From Phaeosaccion multiseriatum (lineage: Eukaryota; Protista; Ochrophyta, other classes): 64,000 nt of DNA. The position numbers and the translations under genes were made by a program. The stretch's first letter is position 1, and each line of letters starts with the position of its first letter. The stretch covers positions 372,001 to 436,000 of the forward strand of contig OZ218953.1 in the NCBI GenBank assembly GCA_965112735.1, read 5' to 3'. This document shows positions 1 through 11,554 of the stretch, piece after piece. Below the pieces are notes generated by a model that did no database searches, had not been told where the DNA came from, and saw only the letters and a list, made by a program, of their open reading frames with translations.

Positions 1-1428
1 ATTGACCACCGGGCTGTATCACCAACTGCTGAGGCTGGCTCTGGGGCTGAAACTGAGACTGGGGCTCGCGCTCAGGCTGGGCGGGGCCCACTCCTGCCGC
101 TGGTGGTGGGGGAGCCAAGTGAGTCAATTGACTTGGGGGAGGAAATGGGTTGGGGCCGGGCACGGAGGAAGAAGGACGCACGGAAGGGGGAGCGAGCCCA
201 CCGGTATTCGAGCTCATGCCCCCTACGCCTTGCTGCTGCGGAGGGTCCAGAGGATAGCCGCCGGGGGGGGGGTACATGGACGGTGGCGGGAGGCTGAATG
301 GTTGCGGGGGAGACAACCCCGCTCCTGTCTGCTGCGGACCGCTTGCAGCAGCCGAAGGAGGGCCGCCGCCGTACGCCGGGGGGGGGGCTTGGGCTTGATC
401 TTGCTGCAGGTGGTAGGGGGTCGGGGGGGCTGCGGGCTGAGCGCCAGCATGGCCAGGAGGTGCGAAGGATGACGGCGGGGGCTGCTGCTGCTGCTGCTGC
501 TCTTGGGCCTTCCCTCGCACGATGCTCGCAAGAAACGCCCCTCGGCTGGGCACGTTGGTAAAGTCACTAGAATTGAACTCGTTGAGGGCCGCGAGGGCGG
601 TCTGCTCGGCCAGCCCTGCCAGAATGGCCAGGGTGGCAGGGTCAGCTTCCTGCCTCCGCAGCACGCCCATGCCGAACAGTTGCTCCAGGCGGAGACTCAC
701 CGCCCGAGACGGGGAGGGGGGGGGGGCATGAGGGCTGTACTGCTGCTGCTGCTGCTGCTGCTGCTGGAAGTGCGGGGCAGAGCCGTCCGCTGGACCTCCG
801 CTGCCGTACGGCGCCAGCTGGTGCTGCTGGTGCTGCTGCCCCACGCCCCCGCTCTCGTCGTAGTGTTTGAGGATGGGCCTCTCTCCGTCCTTGTACTTGC
901 GGATGATGGATCTGAGGTAGGCGGGCTTGTTCCGGATGCCCGAGCCCCCGTCCTCCCGGGCGTTTGCATACTCGTCAAGGGCCCCCATAGCCTGTCAACA
1001 CCAACGGAAGGGAGGGAGGGGGGGCAATAGAAGTAGCAGAGACGTGAGACGGGCCACCTTTGTCCCCTCCCCCCCCCCGGAGGCATCCAAAAGTAGCCCT
1101 GCCTTTACCCATCACCACTCACTCCCTCACTTACCTCATCGATGCTCACCTCCTGGAGCAGGCCGACACATCGAATGTCTCCAAGAATGTCGTCGTACCC
1201 CCCTCCGTCCCCGCCAAACACCTCTTCCAATCGCCGCGAGATGAGCGGGGGCAGAGGGTTCTGCCCGAGCTGCTTGACAGTGGGGTGGTAGTCGTTCCTT
1301 CGCCGCCTATTGTTGTTGTCACGGCCTCCTCGGCCTCCAGTCCATCTTTCCTCCCTGCCTCCTCCTCTCTCGTCCCTCCCTCCTCCTCTCTCGCCCCTCC
1401 CTCCTCCTCTCTCGTCCCTGCCCCCCAT
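1..1428 (-). CDS. Protein with RGG-rich N-terminus, two hnRNP Q/R acidic (NURR)-like domains and Pro/Gln-rich region; 3' end runs off the window
   Basis: ATG at 1428 (MGGRDERGGGRGERGG...), GTAAGT donor near 1134, acceptor near 992. Spliced frame reads ...ISRRLEEVF...LLQEVSIDE|AMGALDEYANAR...IRNKPAYLRSIIRKY and VSLRLEQLFGMGVLRRQEADPATLAILAGLAEQTALAALNEFNSSDFTNVPSRGAFLASIVR, both resembling the hnRNP Q acidic domain. The frame stays open to position 1. Confidence 0.7.
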
Positions 1429-1622
1429 CACTGTGCTTCGCGCAGGGCACAAGAGGGCAAGTGTGTTGTTGTGTTAAGGGAGAAACCTCACTTTGGGCCC
1501 ACCTGTTTTTTCTTGTGTCCAAGAGGTGGGCCAATGAACCGAAAGTCGCACTCATCTATCCCGCAAATCGAAAATCGCACTTCCGCCCTTTCCAGCTAAA
1601 TTTTAGAGGAGGGAGGAGGCGA

Positions 1623-2386
1623 ATGAGCTCACAGGAGAGCTTTGCTGGGCAGGCTCCCGTGGTGGAGGCTACGATTGTGCCTCCAGCGCACAACGAAGAG
1701 GAGTTCTTGCTGACAACTCCCACTCAGAGCACCGACGCTGTGGCGCTGCCCATGGCGGTCGCGGATTCTTCCGGGGACAGCCCCAACCTGCAAACTGCGG
1801 TGAGAATCTTTGGCGGGGAGAGAGACTGCGTGTCTGCGTATCGCCTGAGATCCTTAGCGGAGAGAGAGGGGCTCCTTCTCTTTGTCGGTCGCACACTCTA
1901 CCTCTCGAAATGAAGGTTGAATAGGACTCTCAGCTTGCCTTACAGAGTGCCCCCCTTCCCCTCGTGTGCTTGCTTTGCTTCTCTACCAGGCCGGAGGCAC
2001 GACTGTGACAGCAGTGGAGGCTGTTCCTGCCGTGCAGCAGTACCAAGCGCAGGCGATGCGCTACGCAGGTAAGAACAGGGCCTTTTTCCAGAAGAAACTA
2101 TTGAACCCCAGCTGGGTCTTGGACATACTTGTTTGGTGTTGGTGGTGGTGTTGCTCTTTCTTATTGTACCCCAGTGTGTCTGAGAGACTCCGTTCCGCTC
2201 TGTCCCTGCGCAGGCACCCCGGTGGGGAGGTCGGCGACCGCTCCGGTGACAGAGGACGAGGTGGGCGTGTGCAGGGGGTGCGGGGCGGAGTTCATTCGCC
2301 GGAGAGGCACCAACTCTGCGTCGGCCGACTACTACCGCTGCCAGCGCTGCTCGGGGGCGTGGACGATCGAGTGTGTGATACACTAA
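1623..2386 (+). CDS. Small protein (3 exons) with C-terminal CxxC...CxxC zinc ribbon and CaaX-like end (CVIH)
   Basis: MSSQESFAG... from 1623; GT-AG introns at about 1799-1989 and 2069-2213 keep the frame; last exon GVCRGCGAEFIRRRGTNSASADYYRCQRCSGAWTIECVIH*. Confidence 0.65.
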
Positions 2387-3567
2387 GTGGCGTATGCTGC
2401 AGCTGCACTGAGGAGCTCTTGGGGAGGATGGGAGGGCAGAGGAAGGAGGGTGGAGGGTGGAAGGGGAGGCAGCGAGCCTTCTCCGCGTGTACGGTTCAGG
2501 GCCTATCGTAGAAGGCGCCCTTCCTCCTCAGCTAGAGGCATGCGAAGGCAGCTTCCCATGGCGCGGGCCTGGGCGGGGGGGGGGGCGCTCTTCTCTAGGG
2601 CAGAGATTGGCGTCGAGGCCGGGCAAGAAGGGCCTCTTTCTTGTCTCTCAAGCAGAGGCAGCAGGGGCAGGGGATCTTGCAGGCAGGCGAGAGGTGATGA
2701 AGGCGCGCACACACGCTACTGCTGCTGCTTCTGGAGGAAGACGCCACCGCTCGCGTCAACACACAGACACAGACAGCGCTGCCCGGGCCATGTTCGGAAG
2801 GCGTGCTCGAGCTGCCGGACTGACCTGAACAAGAACAACAACAATGGCCTCCCTCACCGCTCTTCCGTGCGTGTGCTGACGGCGAACTACGTACGGAGCA
2901 CAGCGGCGCACAGCCTCCACGACGCTTCCTGCCCTGCCTGACCCTGTTGCTGTCTGAGCGTGGAGAGATCGCTTGGCTTAGAGGTGGAACCCCCCTCTTC
3001 CCTTCGCCTGAAAACTCAGTGCAGTACCCAAGCAGTGTTTTGACATGGCCATTCATTCAGTGTCTTTTGGAGAAGGGAGTGTGCCAAGAACGGGCATGTG
3101 TTGGCTCTCGTGGGGGAGGGGGGAGAGGGACATGCGATGACTTGCACCTGTTTGGTCACGCGGTGAAGCGAAGCAGCAACTCAAATCACCTCATCATTGG
3201 AGCTAAATTGGGGATCGAGGCTCTTCGGGACTCAAAGAGCATCATGAAGTGGTGGGAGGGCGGGAGGGCCCCTTGCAAAGGACCATTAGCGCGTAGCCCA
3301 GTGCATCGTTAAAGAGGCTCAATTCGTGTCTTGCACCGTTGGTGTGGTGTGTGTCTACCCTTGTACATAGGACCTATTACATAAAACGTATATTTCAGTA
3401 TGGCGAAGACGAAATTTTGAAGCCTCTTTCCTTTACTGTACGAATGGCACATCACGTAGTCTTTTCCTTTCCTCCTCATTCCCTTCCCTTCCTTTCTCCC
3501 CCCTTTCTCCTCTCATTGTCGTTGCCGCGGAGGAACAGGTATAAGCCTCTTGCCGTGCTCCCTGCTC

Positions 3568-4851
3568 TTAGGACGACTTCTCCTCCTCACACCCGTCGTC
3601 CGACGCGTAAGCGTCGTAGTCGTCGCTGTCGCTGTCGCCGCCCGCACTCGCCCCGCCCTGGGAGATGCCGGGAGGTGCTGCCTCGATGGCAAGTACCCCC
3701 TGCTCGTCCTCGGCAGCCGCGGCTTCGAGCGCGAACTGGAGAGGGTCCCCCGCCAGGAGAGAGCCATTGGCAACGCTTGCCCGAACCTTCTCGAGCACAA
3801 TGGAATGCTTCCTATTCTTCTCTTCCTCGCGTCGGCAATGAGCTGCGGCGCTGTCAAGAACCGACACTGCCAGCCTTTTGGCAGCTCTCTTCTCCTCCGT
3901 AGCCCTCTCCAACTCGTTCTCCAGCTTCTCCTTGTCAGCTTTGGCCTTCTTCTGCCAACCCTTGAGCTCCTCAGCCATCGCCTCCTGACTGCGCTTCAGT
4001 TCGGCGGAGCGGGCCTCGGCGACTTCCTCGTGCTTCGCCGCCTCCGCCCTGACGGATTCCAAGTCTGCGAGGGCTGCTGCAAGGTCGGCCTTGTTGGCCA
4101 ACTTGACATTTTCCTCGGCCGTCTTGATGCGCTCGGCCTGCTCCCTCTTGGTCGCTTCCTGGTGTTCCTTCGACTCATCGTGGAGCATGTCCATTACAGA
4201 ATCCATGCGCCGGCTCACGGCGGACCATCCCCTCCGCATGGGGATCCCTGCGTCGCAGAGCAGCTGGGGGGGAAGTATGGAAGCAGTAGCAAGCAGGAGA
4301 GGAGAGTATTGGCACAAGACTAAAACGCAGCCAGGAGTGCCTACTGGCTTGCTGACTCAACCAAAAGATATCCACCTGCCTCCCGACTCCATTTCAGCCC
4401 TGCTGCCTTCTCACACCTTGATGAGGAGGTTAGCTTTGACTTTGAGATTCATGGCCTTCCATTTTTCGTAGGTGGCAGCATCCGTGTGCGGGTTACCCTG
4501 GGAAACCTTGGGCGAGCCGCTAAGGACTCTCGCGGCCACGTGCAGCGCACAGTTCTCACTCGCTGTCCAGAGGGCCCGAGTTCGACGGGGGGGGGGCATG
4601 TTGTCGGCCTTCTTGCGCTTTCTGTTGCCGGGTGCGGATCCCTCCAGCTTGTCCTTGTCGTACGTGTGGGCCTCGTCCATCCGAAGGTCTTTGCTTGTCA
4701 TTTCTTTTGCGAATGCTTCCTCCGTGGTGTCCTTCAGGCCCCGCCACTCAGGGTTGTTTACGGCGCATTCTGGCCGGGGGAGAGAGTACGGATAGGGGCC
4801 GGTGTACTCCCAGCCCTCAACACCTCGGTATCCAGCTTGCTGCTGCGCCAT
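3568..4851 (-). CDS. Myb/SANT-like DNA-binding protein with long coiled coil and acidic tail (2 exons)
   Basis: Phase-0 intron 4416-4264 joins the two minus ORFs: ...RKRKK...LWTASENCAL...KWKAM...LLIK|LLCDAGIPMRRGWSAVSRRMD, then an E/K/A-rich coiled coil and a D/E-rich C-terminus; TAA at 3568. Confidence 0.5.
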
Positions 4852-4999
4852 GGCGATTATCTTACCTCTGTTGCCCCTTCTGGTGGTTGTGTGATTGTGG
4901 ATGTGCTGCGCTTGACGACGCTTGACAGAATTGAGTTTGAGTTTGAGTTCAAGGGGGGGCGCCATTTGATCGCCATTTTCAAAGTCGAGATCCTCATTT

Positions 5000-5118
5000 T
5001 ATCGAGCTATCGACCACATTCTCGATAGCATGCTATCGGAGCCTGAGGGTCCGATAGCAGATAGCACGCCGGCTGGCGCCGGCGATAGCAGATAGCGGAT
5101 AGCACGTCAGGGGTCGAT
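5000..5118. repeat. GATAGC-rich dispersed repeat, related to 63231-63322; possible transposon terminus
   Basis: Shares CCACATTCTCGATAGC and CGGCTGGCGCCGGCGATAGC(A/G)GATAGCGGATAG with the copy near 63250-63311; several GATAGC/GCTATC units. Confidence 0.6.
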
Positions 5119-5406
5119 CCATCTTCCATCTTGGGTGCCCCTTCTCTTATGCGGGCCACTTTGGACCGCCGCCTCTCATCCTCTGCTTGTCAGACCATCC
5201 ATCGAGTTCTCCCCACTTCACTCTCCCTCCCTCTCGGCCCTGGACAAGATTACGGTGTGCGCCGGCTGGCGTCGGCTGTCTTAATCAGTAATCAGACAGT
5301 CTTGTCCAGGGCCGATCCCTCCCTCACTCCTGGCTGAATCCATCACCACTCGAGTCGACTCGAGGGCCGTTTCCCGGTGGCGATATTGCCCCCCCCCCCC
5401 CCCGTA

Positions 5407-8400
5407 CTAGCCCGCAGCCTTAGTATTAGTAGCCTTAGAAGCTTCAGCCTCAGCCGCCGCCTTGCCCACCCTGCTGCGGAGGGCCGTGATGAAGTTGTCG
5501 TCCTTCCTCTCGGGGAGGCGGCACTCATCGGGCGGCAGCAGGTCCAAAGCCCCGCACAGCAGCGTGAAGAAGGGCTCCTTGGTGCCCACGAGCATAACCA
5601 GCTTCTGCACATAGCGCGTCAGCTCCTGCTGCAGACGGGCCATCTGCGTGGCGTGAGCGATCATCTGGACGCCGCCCCCGAACTGGATCTTGCCCGTCTT
5701 GTTGTTGACACGCACGGTCGGGACGGACACCTGCAGAGCCGCGGGGCTGGCCAGGGCACTCACCGCCTAACAAAGCGTCAGTAGGGTGTGCGTATGTGTG
5801 TGTGTGCGTGTGTGTGCGTGTGCGTGTGTGCGTGTGTACATGTGTGTGCGTGCGTGTATGTGTGTGTCGCATCATCAGACAGGTCCAGCCAGGTAAGAGA
5901 GGTGGCCAAGATGCAGGGGGAAGAGGACAGAGAGCAGAGGACAGAGGACGGAGCGCAGAGGGTGGGGATCAACCTAAGAATTACGTATGTGTGTGTGTGA
6001 TGGGGCGGGGGAAATGGGTGGTGCAGGGACGCCCTCCGTCCTCGCCACAGCCTCACGGTAGGCGCCTCATGGCTGGTGTCTCATCATCGCTACTGCCTCT
6101 TCATCGTTACTGCCTGCGTGCAGAGCCTCACCTGAGTATTGGTGACCCCCTTGGGCAGGCTGGGCATGTGCTTCACAAGCTTTGTGTCAGTGTCCCGCAT
6201 CGCCGCTCTGTGGTAAGGAGAGGGGGAGAGAGGCGGAGAGGAGCAGACCCCACACCCACACCCACAGACAAGAGACAAAGGCAGTGCCAGAGACGTTGAG
6301 TCGTTGAGCGGACCTCTCACACAGTCCAAGCCAAACACAGCAGGCCAGGCACTAGCCGTAGCTGTATTCGCACGGGATGGAGAGAGTGCTTGCACCATCG
6401 CACTGTATCTGCACGCACGAGAGAGATTGCCGCGCAAGCTCCTGCCCCACCTGAGCTTCTTGTGTAAGCCGTCGAAGTCGGAGAGTGCCCAGAAGGTGCT
6501 TGCTCTGAAGAGGTGCCACTCGCTGTCAAGGCGGTACACAAGCTCGCCGCTGGAGCCGAAGTTGAAGAAGCCGCTCAGCTGTGCTCGTGCCAAGTGATGC
6601 AGGTGAGACGGAAAGAGAAGGGCAGTAAGACAGGGGCACGAGCAGGAAGAGGAGGGGGTGGGGGGCACGGCAGTCGATGGGGAGGCAGGAGACAAGGAGA
6701 AGGAGGCGCGGGGCGTGCGCAACGCGTGAAGGCTATCTCTTTATCCCTCTCTCTCTATATATATCCCTTCCTTTCTCTCTCTCTCCTCTGCCGTCTCACC
6801 TGCACACTGAGAACATCCCCCACTGCGCCATGTGCACCGATCCGGAGCAGCTTCCGCTCTGCACGGTCCGTCACCTGTCGAAGAAGGCAGGGGAAGGCAG
6901 CGGAAGGCAGCGGAAGGCAGCGGAAGGTCGGGCAACACAGGGGAAGCAAGGGGAAGCAAGGGGGGTGTGTAGGAAGTGATCAGTAGAGTTTCGAAGGGGA
7001 GATTCAGATCACACTTTTCCGTGTTGGGTGTCCTCACTGCCAATCGTCCAATCGGCTGGGAAGTACATTGCGCGTCGCCCTCTCCCGTGCGTACCTGCAG
7101 GAAGTCGAGGTCCTCTTCGCTGAGGCCCATCTCCACGATCATCATGTAGTCCGTGTAGCCCTGCCCAGTAAGTCACGCAAGGTGAGGTGCGAGTTAGTCA
7201 GAGAGTGAGTGAGTGAGTGAGAGAGAGAGAGAGAAGAGAGAGAGGGCGGACTAGACAGGACTTATAACGTGACGCACCTTCTCTTCGAAGCGAGTGGCCA
7301 AGTGCCCTAGGCCCAGCGATTCGAGCCACTCGTCCACCCCCGTGTTGGTGCGGAAGGGCAGGCCGCTCCCTCCGAGGCTCAGTGCGCGGTCCACCTGGTG
7401 TCAGGACATAGGAGGGGGGAGGGGGGAGAGGAGGAGGGGGGAGAGGAGGAGGGAGGAGGGAGGAGGGAGGAGGGACGGGGTATGGGGGAGGGAGGAGGGG
7501 TGAGGAGGGAGGACGGAGGAAGGCCAACACAGGACGCGGGGAGTCGGTTCGTCAGTGCGTCAGTGCGACAGGAGGGGGCATCTAGAAGCTCCGAAGGCGG
7601 TCCATACTCTCTCCCCTCCCTAGCCTCCCTTGTTTCCTCCCTCCTGTGTCCATACCCCCCGTCCTCGGTCTCTGTTGGTCCTCCTCTGCCCATACCGTCC
7701 ACCCCTCTGCCCTGCCTGCAATGCCTCCCCTCCCTGACTCCAAGCTTCCAGCGTTTGTTGCCAGCTCTCCTCACCTGCCCTGTCTGTCCCCGCAGCCTGC
7801 GTGTGCCCGACCGGTGCCCCCCTCCTCCTCCTCCTCCTCCTGCTCCTGCTGTCGACGGAGACGCTGCTGACGCTGACGCCGCTCCTCCCCGTGATGAAGC
7901 ATCCTTGTCTACCGCCCTCTCTGGCGACGGTGAACGCACCCCTCCCTCCTGCTGCTGTATCACCAACTGCTGCTGCTCCTGTTGGCTCATTCGCCTGCGT
8001 CCCAGGTGGGCGTCTTTTCGCGCCTGCTGCTTGCGGGCGAAGTCGTGTTCGTCGGCAGCATCAATCGCACTTTGTATCGCCTTTCGAATGGAGGGGAGGA
8101 GAGGGAGGGGAGGGAAGCTAGGGCAGTGAGGAGGGAGCAATATGCGGCAGGGAAGAGAGATGGATGGATGAAGTGAGAGTGAGGTGAAAGCAGGGGACGC
8201 AGAGAAGAGAGAGCACTCCCGCCCTGTCCTGTTATCTGAGGCAGCATAGAGAACAGAGACAGACGTGCAGACGTACGTACGCACGCACGCACCTTGAGCC
8301 AAGCCTCCATGTTTTGTGGGTCCGTTCCGCTGAGTTCTCTGTTGTAATCCTCCTGTACCGCCGAGCTGTCCGCGCTGAGGATCTTCCAGCGCAGGTACAA

Positions 8401-8830
8401 GCCACGCACGAGGAAGCAGCCCTTAAGCGAGAGGAAGCCGCGCGGCTCCTTGGGGCAGTGCTTGGCGTCCTTATACCAAACCAGCTTGGAGCCTTCGAGC
8501 ACGAACCACCTCTTTTGCCAGTTCCTCAGACCTGATTTGCCCTTCTTGTAGAGGAAGCCCGCGTGCGTCACCGGCGCGTGGCTGGCTCCCACCGCGGTCC
8601 CTTCCGTAATCGCCCCTGTGTCCCCGTCTGTATGCAGGTGTGTAGTGAGCCCCCTCAGTCCCAGCCCTGCTCCCATGCCCAGTCCTTGCTCAGCAGAGCC
8701 GCTCCCGCCCCCGCCCGAGCGGTCTCCGGAGCGGCGTGGTGTTTCACATGTTGCCTCTGATGCCTCGCTGTCAGCGGCGCTGCCGCTCGCACTGTGGCTC
8801 TCCGACCCTCTGGCCTCGGTCTCACAGGGC

Positions 8831-8874
<44 letters not shown>

Positions 8875-11180
8875 AGTACTGCTTACCGTGGCGCTGCTTG
8901 CCGTGGCGTGGCTCACTGTCATGAGGCGCGTTCCTGGGGAACCCTCTGACGAGGTACCGTCTTGACTGTCTTGACCGGCGTGCGTACCCCCTCCCCCATC
9001 CCCGTCCGCAATTGCCACGCTGAGCTCCGACGGCCGCTCTCCTTTGCTCTCCCCTCCACCCCCTTCTCCCTCCTCGGTCGCTTGCTGAAGAACGCCCGAC
9101 AGCAGCGGCACGACAGAGCTTCCCAGCTCCCCTCCCTCCCCTTTCTCCCCTCCCTCTCCTCCCTCCCCTCCCTCCCCTCCCCCCCTTCCCTCCCTTCCCT
9201 CCGCCCCCCCACCTCCTTTGGCGCAGTCGACGGAGGCCATGAGGGCTCTGAAGTCCATAGGCGGAGGAAGATCGGCCTCCGAGAGGGGAGGGAGCTCAGT
9301 GGCAAGGTCCTCCAGCCACAAGAGAGCGTCTTCGGCGAGGGGACGGAGGTCGGGCTCGTAGTCACAGAGCTGCGCTGCTAGCTCCAGCAGGCTAAGATAC
9401 AAGTGGGCATGAAAGAGGGGAAGAGAATGGGGAATGGGAGGGGGGAGGGAAGAGGATGGGGAAGGGAGAATGGAATGCGGGGTAAGGGGCGATGAAGAGG
9501 AGAGAGAGAGGGGATTGGGAAGAGAAAAGGATGGAAGGGGAGCAAAGAGAGTGGGAAAAGAACAGTGAGACACGAGACACGGCTTCGCACTCCGCACGCC
9601 CCCCCTAGGCACTGTCTGGGGCTCTCTGCTTCGCTCCGGTCTCAACCTCGACATCGGCCCCAGTGGCGAGAGATGTGGCCATGTACCTTGTTGTGTGATC
9701 TGCATACCCATACACCAAGCTATACACCCATATACCTCTCTATAACCATATCCCCGCATACCTGGGAGGTGCGTCCTTGGGGGCGTTATCTCTCAGCCTA
9801 CCCACGTCAAGCTGAAACCGCTCGTGTGGTCGGCGCTCCGCAAAGCCCCCCTGCCCTGCCTTCCTCCTGTACACCACTTCCCACAGCACCATCCCCAGGC
9901 TAAACATGTCGGCCGCTGTATCGTACGGCTCGTCGAACATGAGCTCCGGGGCCATGTATGCGTCTGTGCCCACCACACTCATGTTCGAGGCCAGGGGCCG
10001 GGCCATGCCTACAAGTGTCACAAGCATCAGGTTGTATCATGCCGTAGAGTGCCACAGAGTCAAGGTTGGAGTCGCAGCAAGGACCAGGGTAGAGAGGTGG
10101 AGGTGGGGTTGTCGACGGAGAAGGTTTGGTGATGAGGTGGTGAGACTGGTGAGGATGTTGGTGAAACAATAGTGCGAGTGTGTGTAGTGGTTTGGTCTTT
10201 GTTCGTGGGCAAGAACGTATCCGACATCAGCCAATGGCCCCTCTGCCCTCTGCGCGCTGCTCGGCAACTGCACGGCAAGTGCACCGTTTGTCCCCCTCCA
10301 CAAGGAAGCAGCACCACTTCCTCTCGCCCTCGCACCATCCACAGACCCCGTCTAGTTCAAGTGTCAGCCAAGCTCCAACCTCACTCACCGAAGTCCGCCA
10401 TCTTGCAGGAGCCTTGTGGGCCAAGCAGCAGGTTGGCCGACTTGACGTCTCTGTGGATGAGGCCCTTGCTGTGAAGGAAGTCCAGCGCGCGAGCGGCGTC
10501 GCACAGGATGTTGACTCTCAGGCGCCAGCAGAGCTCCTCCTGGGCCTCGTTGAGCAGCAGGCGCAGCAGGTCGCCGCCCTCGGCCAGCTCCGTCACGATA
10601 TAGACTGCGGCGGAAGGGACGGGGCCACCGGGGCCACTTCCCCACGCGACGGTGCCACCGGCCCTGGGGGGTTGGGGGATGGAGGCGGACGTAAGGGACG
10701 GGGCACAGAATGGGAAGACATGTCAGGCAAACTACACACCCATCCGGACTGCTAAGTGGGGAGGCAGCGAGCCGGACTCGAACCTTTGGGTGCTAACGTT
10801 GCTGGCTCCAATGTAGGTTAGCAAGTTGTCATGCTGGTAGTGCTTTAGGACGGCAAGCTCGCGCAGGAGGTACTCCTCCAAGCTGTCGTCAGTCCTCACT
10901 TGCTCCTTCACCGCAACCAGCTCACCCAGATACGTTCCAATGAAAACCTTGTAAGGCAAGGCGTGAGAGATGGTAGAAGGAGAGGGAGGGAGAGAAGAGA
11001 AGAGAGAAGAGAAGATTGAGTAGCGCGAGTGAGAGCGAGAGCGAGAGTGAGAGCGAGGAACATCACCTTGCTGAAGGCGCCCTCCCCAATCTGAGGGCCA
11101 CGCTGAACATCCTCTATATTTAGGTAGAAGTCACTATTCCGAAAGCTTGGCAGAGCCGAGCCCTCTGCTGTCGAGCTCAT
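5407..11180 (-). CDS. TKL-family protein kinase with PH, SAM and PX-like domains (multi-exon)
   Basis: Kinase motifs [40 protein letters not shown]; PH domain [21 protein letters not shown]...AWLKAI; [23 protein letters not shown]|GYTDY...[10 protein letters not shown]; PX-like VYRL...[10 protein letters not shown]...MPSLPK...LTRYVQKL; stop at 5407. Confidence 0.85.
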
Positions 11181-11554
11181 CACAAAGGAATGTAAAAGCA
11201 GCGAGGCGCCGAATTCAACTGCCGAAGAAGTCGATGTCATCGACTTTCGGATGGCACTCAAAGGCGATCTCTCTCAAAAAATGACAAACGGTGTGTCAAG
11301 TAGGGCAGAAAGGGCAAAAAAAAACTGCAGTAGAGCTCAGCGAGAAAGGCGTAGACATTGCATTGTTCGTGAGCTGCTCTTGTTCAACTCTTGTGGTTCG
11401 TCAAGGTGCCGACGCTCGCTATCACGAGTGCATCGATCCAACTGCCATTACGTCTTCCTCTCTATCTTGAGTCATGGAGGAAATGAGGAGAAACACCTCC
11501 TAAGGAGCCGCTGGACACACTTTTCTTATCCTGGGCCAACGAGCAGCACCGGCA

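Noticed and set aside
2400-3330. Additional gene or transposase
   Set aside because: No coherent spliced frame or catalytic motif could be assembled.
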